A DNA stretch of 64,000 nucleotides, from positions 158,968,001 through 159,032,000 of the forward strand of contig NC_042999.1 in the NCBI RefSeq assembly GCF_006345805.1, given 5' to 3'. The notes beneath the pieces were generated by a model. It was not told the origin of the DNA. It saw nothing but the letters and a program-made list of their open reading frames with translations, and searched no databases. The stretch's first letter is position 1. Each line of letters starts with the position of its first letter. This DNA comes from Octopus sinensis (Eukaryota). Positions 53,720-64,000 of this stretch are shown one piece after another. The translations under genes and the position numbers were made by a program.

Positions 53720-53898
53720 AACAAATAATAGTAATAATAATAATAATAATAATAATGATATAATAATAATAATAATATGATAATAATAATATATAATAAT
53801 AATAATAATATGATAATGATGATAATAATAATGATAATAAAATTAATAATAATAATAATAATAATATAATAATAATGATAATGATGATAATAATAATG

Positions 53899-53947
<49 letters not shown>

Positions 53948-54105
53948 TAATAATGATAATGATATAATAATAATGATAATAATAATAATAAGAAGAAGAA
54001 GAAGAAGAAGAAGAAGAAAGAAGAAGAAGAAGAGAAGAAGAAGAAGAAGAAGAGAAGAAGAAGAAGAAGAAGAAGAAGAACAACAACAACAACACAACAA
54101 CAACA
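53720..54105. repeat. Compound (AAT)n-(AAG)n-(AAC)n microsatellite
   Basis: Directly visible. Confidence 0.97.
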
Positions 54106-55440
<1,335 letters not shown>

Positions 55441-56889
55441 ACGATCCACAAGATACGAGTTATTCATCATTTGATGTACAAACCATCAAATTTGAAGACA
55501 AATGTTAATGGTCTTTTAATGATATTAATGATTACAATATACTTCAATAGTAAATGTGGGCAAATGCAATAAAATTTTGAATTAAATTCAATTTAGAAGA
55601 TTTATTTTCCTCACTATTTTGCTATTCTTTTACTGGTATTAGTAATGTGGCTGCGGCAAAGCTACGAAGACCTCTTCATGGTTTTAAATGATTATATCAT
55701 CCTTATCCATTCTAAAGCCCGGTATCTTTATTATGGACGGAATTGTGTTCGTCTTTCCTGTCTTTGGAGTTAATAAAAATATCAACCATTCATCTACTAT
55801 AGCTAATCAGTTTTGTAACGTAAATAAACCGATTACGTAACAAGTATTGTGGTAAAAAGAGGATTTCTTTCTTTTATTCTCAAAATTGGATTTCTTCTTA
55901 ACCTGAAATGGAGTTCCAATTCTCTCGGAAACTATTTCCGTTATTTAGAATACTTTGGAAGATTCCTTCTTCTTAATAAGCACAAATTTTTTCCTGAAAA
56001 TTCACGTTGTAAAAGTAAAAGCAAATAATCTTAAGGCAGCTCAGATGTCTGCTTCAAAAATTTTGCCTTATTTAAGCTACTCGTAGCCTAAAGAATACCA
56101 TGAAATTTACAAATTATTGCATGTACTGAAAAAGCACAGACGCTATTCCTTAAAGGAAAGAAATTAATTTATGGATTAAATTTTATACCAAAATATTCTC
56201 CTTCACCTATCACTTTGATATTTACCTGCTAGTATTTAGCGAATTAATTTCTCTATAATAAATGTACATGTTAAAGAAGTCAAATGTCTTAAAGCACGTA
56301 TTCTAAAACCAAAAAAAAAAAATGTTACATACCTAACGTAATTTAATACATTTAAATTACAATGTTGAAAATAATGTCATTGCTTACAGGTTTCTAACAA
56401 GCTGATCACTGGTGTTTTGCCAATGCTTACACACAAAGAATAGACCCACTCATGTACATACTAGATGTTTCATGCCTAAGGTGTCTCGCAATGATATCAA
56501 TTCCATTACCTCGTGATTCCGAGACAAACTTTTTATTATATAGCCATGCCATCGGCCTTAAAATCGCTGTATTTTCTTTAAGAGTGCGGATAATATTTTT
56601 GTAATTAAAAATAACTCTTAGTGAAGTCATCTGAATCTGATTTTATAAATGCATGCAGGCATTTACAAAAAATATTACTCACTGGAGCTAATTGGGAAGC
56701 AATTACTCGAGTTAAATTTATTAAAACACATTGTTTAAATAATTAAGCATCGGCTAAGCGTCCCGTTTTGTCATATTACTTTTAATCAGCATTTGCGGTG
56801 AGAATATATCATATAGTTTACTCCATTGGTACCTTAACACGTGCGATATGCTCTGTTAATCACTTATCACTAAAAATTGATATTATCTT

Positions 56890-57115
56890 TAAGACGGCGG
56901 TGACCTGGGAGAATCGTTAGCAAAGCGGAAGTTATGCTTCGCGGTATTTCTTCCGATTTTACATTCTGAACTGAAATTCCAACGAAATCAGCTTTACCTT
57001 TCATGATTTTGTAGGTCTATAAAACAAATACCAGTTCTACACTGGGACCAAAGTAATTGATTAGCCACTTCACCCAAAATTTCAGGCCTTGTAACTACAT
57101 TAGAAAGAACTACTA
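56890..57115 (+). mobile_element. Degenerate SINE family 2, tail B
   Basis: aagacggcggtgacctgggagaatcgttagc..aaaatttcaggccttg. Confidence 0.6.
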
Positions 57116-57616
57116 TTACTGGCAGAGATGCAAGACATTCTACCCTCAGTCGTAAATAATAGACAAAATGTAAATAATTTATGCTCCCATAAAATTAATT
57201 TGATAATACTTTAATTCGTAAAATGAATTTTAAATGTAGTTGAGAGAAACCAAATCAGTGATGCTCTTGTTGCTCAAACCCAGATCCGGCTGGATGGCCA
57301 CAGTAAGAACGCATTTGGTTCGTAATACCGAAAATCGTTATAGCCTTTTCTGCACAGCGAGTTTTGTTTTATTTTTATTGCAGTAGATCGAGCACTAACA
57401 TAGGGAATTTCTCATTTTCTCTTTTTGATTCCGAGAAGTATCGCATGTAGATTAATGTAGTGAAATAGTATAAAGGTAGTAGGATTTTTATTTATTAACA
57501 TATATGCTATTTGATGTACATTATTAGACAGAATATTTGAAAGGGAACGGTATCCCAGATGAAAATGTCTTTATAATTCAATGAACAGTATCTTTTCTCA
57601 ATCATTAATATCAGAA

Positions 57617-57828
57617 AGTTGGCAAGCTGGCAGAAAGGTTAGCACGTTGGGCGAAATGTTTTTTTCGGTATTTCGTCTGCCGTTACGTTCTAAGTACAAA
57701 TTCCGCCGAGGTTGACTTCACCTTTCATCCTTTCGGGGTCAGTACCAGTTGTGTGCTGGGGTCGATTTAATCTGCTGACCTCTTATCCTAAAATTTCGGG
57801 ATTTTTCCTAGAGCAAAAAAGAATTATC
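57617..57828 (+). mobile_element. SINE family 2 monomer, tail B
   Basis: ggcaagctggcagaaaggttagcacg..aaattccgccgaggttgac..cctagagcaaaaaagaatt. Confidence 0.75.
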
Positions 57829-57831
57829 GAT

Positions 57832-58680
57832 ATCAGGCTGAATAAAAAGTACGCAACGTTCATCACGATATATTTCAACAATGCTGAAATTTTATTCATC
57901 AAAGTAAGTACCATTACAATCAACACATTTTTGCGGACGAGTTACAAGTTTGTTTATTCTGGTCACATAAAAATGTGGAGTTCTGAAGCTGATGAACTCT
58001 TTGAACAAACTTTCAGCATCGGTTTGATTTTTGAACTTCTCTCGCAGGTAGGAGAAAGGTTGGGAATGAGCTGGGTGGAGAAGAACTTCGTAGCCAAGTT
58101 CCTCCAACTTCTGGAGCGTCATTAGTGAAACGTGTGGTCGGGCATTTTCAAGAGGAATGATTGGCCCTCTTCTGTGGACCTGTCAGGACAGAGGTGTAGC
58201 AGTTTTTTCATTCATTTTGGCAATTTTATGGCAATATGTTTCTACAGTAATAGTTTTTTTCTGGGGTTTAAGAAGTTATAGTGGTTGGGTCCAGCAGTAC
58301 ACTACCAAACAGTCAACACAATCTTCTTTTTGAAGAGCTTGGGTCTAGGGAAAGTTTTGGTCCAACCAATGCGAAGAACGATTTTTATTATTGTACAGAA
58401 TTCACGTTTCATCGCAAGTGACAATACGATCGAAAAATGGATCGATCTGGTTACGGAGAAGAAGCGACGAGCAAATTTCATATCTGCGCATTTCTGATTT
58501 TCATGCAAATCGTGTGGTACCCATTTGTCAATCAGTTTAGATTTTCCGATAGCATGCAAATGGTTGCAGACAGTTTTCGGGCTAACCTTTGCCAATATTC
58601 GAGTGGTTTCATGCGCATCTTTCTCAATGACGGTCTTTAAGTCACCAACATCATCGTGTTCGAAGTGGAACACCTACAGA
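57832..58680 (-). mobile_element. mariner transposase remnant, cecropia/Hsmar1-like
   Basis: VSPKTVCNHLHAIGKSKLIDKWVPHDL..; TLQKLEELGYEVLLHP..INKLVTRPQKCVDCNGTYFDE*. Confidence 0.9.
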
Positions 58681-58714
58681 GGGTAGGCGATGCCATTAAG
58701 GATTAGGAGACGGT

Positions 58715-58870
58715 GGCTGGAGCTAAGATTAACCGTGATAAGTCAGTCGGCTTGCAGCTCAGCACTTGGGGAGGCAAGACGATACCTCCCAACAACGTCG
58801 TCGGGCGTCAGACGGAGGGTCCAGTCAAGATATTAGGGGTTTGGTTCGGGTCAGGTTTCCAGATAGAGAA
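58715..58870 (+). mobile_element. Tx1/L1-type RT C-terminal fragment
   Basis: GAKINRDKSVGLQLSTW..GPVKILGVWFG. Confidence 0.65.
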
Positions 58871-58904
58871 CTTTTTAGCCAATAATAATAATATGATGAT
58901 GATG

Positions 58905-58965
<61 letters not shown>

Positions 58966-58969
58966 TAAT

Positions 58970-60762
58970 GCTCAATGACGCACAGTACGGATATAAAATG
59001 TTGGATAAAAATATAAATCATCTCATTTACATGGATGATTTAAAGCTCTTTGCAAAAAATGACCAACAACTCAAGGGCTAACTAACGATTGTTAAACAAT
59101 TCGGTGATGACATCAGAATGCAATCTGGCCTCAATAAATGTGCAAAAGCTACCTTTATCAAAGGAAAAATGAAAGAAACATCTAACATTTACCTCGACCA
59201 GCAGAATGTCATAAAAGAGTTAGACCCAGCAGAGAGCTACATGTATCTAGGGGTAATTGAAGAGGACAGAATAAGGCATTCAGTGATGAAGGAAAGGATC
59301 AGGAGAGAATGTTATCGCAGAGTAAGAGCAATACTCAAGACAGAGCTGAATGCGAGAAACAAGATCGAAGCGATCAATGCTCTAGCCATACCAGTCGTGA
59401 CTTACAGTTTCAATATCGTTAACTGTTCAATTACTGAAATATGTAATCTTGACAGAAAAATACGAAAACTGTTGACAATGCATAGAATGCACCACCCTAA
59501 GGCAGATATAGATCGACTTTATCTACCAAGAAAAGAGGGAGGACGTGGGCTTTTACAACTGGCAATAACAATGAAGGTTGCTACAATTGGCCTAGATACC
59601 TACCTGAAAATCTCTGAGGACTGATGTTAAAACTTGTCTCAAAACATGAAAACAAGAAAGCATCATACTCAGTAACAAAACAGGCAAAGGAATATCTAAG
59701 TGAATTCCGAATACAACAAATTTCGGAATTAGACATACACAGAAAAAGCTAAGCCCATGAAAACCCGTGCTAAAACTGCTGCCTTAGATATTCTGAATGA
59801 TAAATGGCAAGAAAAACCTCTCAATGGCAAATACCCAAAGAGAGCGAATAAGGCAGATGTTAACAAAACCGTGACCCATCAATGGGAAATGGCCTCTGGC
59901 TTAAAATCTGAAATGGAGGGGTTTATCATAGCAGCTCAAGATCAATACCTACCTACAAGGAACTACCAGGCCAACATATTAAAGAACGACAGTAGCCCAA
60001 CATATCGTGTATGTCAACAACAATATGAAACCATTGATCATGTTGTCTCCAAGTGCGGTCTTCTTACGCCTACAGAGTATCTCAACAAGCATGATAGAGC
60101 TGCAGAATATATTTACTGGGTAATTTGAAAAAGCCTGGACTTGACCCATGATAAAAACTGGTGGGAACACAAACCACCTCCAGTGCTTGAAAATGACCAC
60201 ATCTCACTTCTCTGGAACTTCACCATTCAAACTGACAGAAAGAAAAATGCAAATAGGCCAGACATCATAGTAAAATACTTCAGTCAAAAAACATGCCTCC
60301 TCATTGATATGACTGTCCCAATAGATATAAACGTATCTGTCAAGACCTACAAGAAACTGAGTAAATATAAAGATCTGGAAATAGAAATCAGCAAAATGTG
60401 GAACCTGAAGACTAAATCAATACCTGTTGTCATAGGTGACCTGGGAATGATAGCAAAAGGGGCTGATTGCTACCTAACTCAGATACCAGGAAACCTCAAA
60501 ATGGCAGAAATTCAAAAGATAGTGCTCATGGAAACTGCTCATATCCTACGCAAAATACTTTCTATGTAATCTCAAGTTTTAAAACAAACATAACTTTCGT
60601 ATGGTTTTTTTTTAGGCATTCACTAGTACAACATTAAGTACAAAATCAAATATATGGCACCCTAGGCATAACACCAACACGAACTTCCAACTTGTTGTCT
60701 CTTGAGGTCTCTGGGTGAGACTGGAGCCAGCTTGTGCAAATGAAAATCAAAAGTCAAACATA

Positions 60763-60763
<1 letters not shown>
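58970..60763 (+). mobile_element. R4/Dong-like RLE LINE A, 5'-truncated, in (AAT)n
   Basis: NHLIYMDDLKLFAK; ELNARNKIEAINALAIPV; EGFIIAAQDQYL..CQQQYETIDHVVSKC; RPDIIV..LLIDMTVP; AHILRKILSM*; several stops. Confidence 0.93.
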
Positions 60764-60803
<40 letters not shown>

Positions 60804-60873
60804 TATAATAATAATATAATAATAATAATAATTATAATAATAATAATAATATATATAATAATAATAAAATAAT

Positions 60874-60913
<40 letters not shown>

Positions 60914-60942
60914 CCAACAACAACAACAACAACAACAACAAC

Positions 60943-61018
<76 letters not shown>

Positions 61019-61099
61019 GAAGAAGAAGAAGAAGAAGAAGAAGAACAACAACAACAACAACAACAACAACACCACAACAACAACAACAACAACAACAAC

Positions 61100-61140
<41 letters not shown>

Positions 61141-61182
61141 CAATAATATAATAATAATAATAATAATAATAACAACAACAAC

Positions 61183-61227
<45 letters not shown>

Positions 61228-61322
61228 CCAACAACAACAACAACCACAACAACACAACAACAACAACAACCAACAACAACAACAACAACAACAACAACAT
61301 AATAATATATATAATAATAATA

Positions 61323-61365
<43 letters not shown>
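60764..61365. repeat. Compound (AAT)n/(AAC)n/(AAG)n microsatellite
   Basis: Directly visible. Confidence 0.97.
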
Positions 61366-61366
<1 letters not shown>

Positions 61367-61919
61367 CCCTGATGCAGTACCAGGCAGTGGCTCTCATGGC
61401 TTCTGATCTTAACTGATTGAAAGTGTTATCATGTACATTGTTCTGTCTTGGTATAAAAGATGGGCTACAGCAAATATTCTGCTCAATACCACAGATTTGC
61501 TTGTCAGTTGTTTGACCTTAACCAGTTGAGCATGTCCCTTAGTGGCTGACGATATGTGCATCTCTGATCACGAGCAGAAGTAGTGGCGGGGCATCATAGC
61601 CATGTGTTGAGAGGGATTCTTTGGGGTTTGAATAATTCACCTCTGGAGATTGGGGTGGTTTTTTCGACATCCTTAAACAACCCTTATTCAGGGACCTTTT
61701 GAGCGGGATGGGCTACTCAACCTGAAGAAAATTCTAACTGGGCCCCACCTGCAAGGTCATGTGCAGTTTATCTTGATATGAGATCACCATGTCGCGCACA
61801 TATGGTTGTGATGCATGTGCCTGGTGTACCCTTATCAGACGGGTAGTCATGATGGGTATACTGGGCTTCGTATATTTTACCCCAGTGTCACTTTGATGGC
61901 ATGAACTGCTCTGTCACTC
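61366..61919 (+). mobile_element. 554-bp non-coding element in (AAT)n, copy 2
   Basis: Flush with (AAT)n on both sides; homologous to 33180-33723. Confidence 0.88.
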
Positions 61920-62000
<81 letters not shown>

Positions 62001-62001
62001 T

Positions 62002-63624
62002 ATGGCGAATTGGATGGGCATCTTCCAAGGGGACTGCCTGTACCCACTGATCTTTGTACTGTGCGTGATACCAGTAACACTGATTCTGAGGAAAGAAAAA
62101 GCTGGAATGTATTCAAAAGCCACCAACAAAAAGTTGACCTCAAACTTTATAGTAAAAACGAAGCCCAAGTCAATTCATTCGTTCGTGCTGTGTATACCCT
62201 CAGTGCTGATATCTGAATGAGTTCGGACTGAGACAGTGTGGTGTGTTAATCTTGAAGAGAAGCAAAATCAAATGTATGGACGGGCTAACGATACCGTAGG
62301 GGAGGTTATGAAGCAGATAGAAGAGACGGGCTATAAGTACATGGGAATTTTGGAAATGGATAAATTGATGGAGAAAGAAATGACAGAACAAGCTAAGGTG
62401 GAGTACTTGCGCAGACTGAGAGTGATCCTTAAGTCAAAATTAAACGGACGGAATAAGATTGAAGTTAGCAACACCTGAGCGGTTTCTCTCCTTAGATATA
62501 AAGCAGTGGTAATCGCATGGACAGTAGACGAACTAAACAGCTTAGAGAGAAAGACAGGGAAGTTGTTAACTAGATATGGGTCACTCCACACAAAAAGTGA
62601 CATAGACAGACAGCATGTACCAAGAAAAAGAAGAGAAGAGGACTTATTGGATGCGAACACAGCATTAGAGCTGAAGAAAACAATATAGCATAGTATATAT
62701 AAATGCCACAGAATCGCTATTATTAGAAGTAAGAAGGCCAGGTTTGTGTAGGATGAAAGATTGCCAAGATAAAGCAATATACAAGAAATTGTAAACGAAT
62801 GAAACTGAAAATAGGTGGGTAAAGAAAATAATGCATGGTCAAATACGTAGAGATGTTGAAGATAAGACAGATAGAGAAAAAAAGATGGTTGTGGACGACT
62901 AAAAGGGATTTAAAACCGGAAACAGAGTTTCTAATCTGTGCTGTCCAAGAGCAAGCACTAAGAACAAACTACATAAAATACAGAATAGGCAACACATCAG
63001 AAAGTGATAAGTGCAGAATCTGTGGACAAAACGATGAAACCGTATGGCAGATTACCAGCCAATGTACGCCACTAGCCCAGAAGGAATATAAGTGACGCCA
63101 CAACAATATAGCCAGGCTTGTTCATTTGACACTTTGCAACAAGTATGGTACGACCACAAACCTGAAGGCATCGTCGAAAATAGAAATACAAAGATCGTAA
63201 GGGAGTTTATGATTCAGTGCGACCATGAGATAGAGAATAGGAAGCCAGACATAGTCTTAATTGAGAAAGAAAACAAACTATACCGGGTCTTAGATATTGT
63301 ATGCCCACCTGACAACAAGGTATGCGAGAAGAAAGACAGATATGACAAGTCAGCTTGGAAAGTTAAGCAGTTGTGGTTGATGAAAAAGATAGCAGTAATA
63401 CCAATAAATGTCCGAGCCCTGAGAACAGTGAGCAAAAATCTCGTGAAATACGTGGAACAAATAGGGGCTGCAATGAGAGTGGAGCACATGCAGAAAACAG
63501 CACTGCTTGGAATCGGCCGAATACTCCGGAAGGCGGTCGAGAAATAAGCGGTGTTACCTTAGTTCACTGGTAGTGAACATCTGACACCGTAGTACATCTC
63601 CAGGGTTAGAAGCTGTGCAAAGGC
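62002..63624 (+). mobile_element. R4/Dong-like RLE LINE B, 5'-truncated and decayed, in (AAT)n
   Basis: GIFQGDCLYPLIFVL; KLNGRNKIE; ETEFLICAVQEQALRTNY..KCRICGQNDETVWQITSQC; RKPDIVLIEK..LDIVCP; RILRKAVEK*. Confidence 0.92.
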
Positions 63625-63698
<74 letters not shown>

Positions 63699-64000
63699 TA
63701 ATAATAATAATAACAATAATATATTAAGTATGATTGAGGAAACTGTAGTAGGACTCTCTATCTGTAACTATAATAGTAATTAACAGGTGATTTAATTGTA
63801 ATCAATTAATTTGGTGATTTGTACTTACACCTTCTCATAGGACTACTAGGCTAAATGTATTTAAGAATATTTGGACAATTACTGTTTGTCTAGGAGGACC
63901 ACCGCTTGGGTACTGTGCTTGTTATTTCAGAAGATAGACTTAGTATTATAATTCTCTAATTGAAGGTCAATGCCCTAGTAATTACCTGCCCTTAATAGTT

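Overview
AT-rich, repeat-saturated animal genomic DNA. The SINE, LINE and microsatellite content matches my recollection of octopus (cephalopod) genomes; this is inference, not a database match. I found no intact protein-coding gene, rRNA, tRNA gene or CRISPR array, and most long ORFs in the track are microsatellite translations. The window contains decayed transposons: a Helitron helicase remnant, non-autonomous Helitrons and a Helentron-like element, Tc1 and mariner remnants, R4/Dong-like RLE LINEs in (AAT)n tracts, Penelope-like elements, and RTE, CR1, Tx1 and Gypsy fragments, plus at least three tRNA-derived SINE families. Best leads: (1) a family of short palindromic elements carrying a minimal type I hammerhead ribozyme with a compensatory U3-A8 core, most intact at 44785-44830 (-); (2) a 2.3-kb array of near-identical ~490-bp units that flips orientation at a fold-back junction (19736-22076); (3) a TIR element flanked by 85-bp direct repeats; (4) stacked (AAT)n-targeted retroelements including a 554-bp non-coding element. 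A few splice-flanked open frames could be exons of a host gene but are unverified. Boundaries of decayed elements are approximate.
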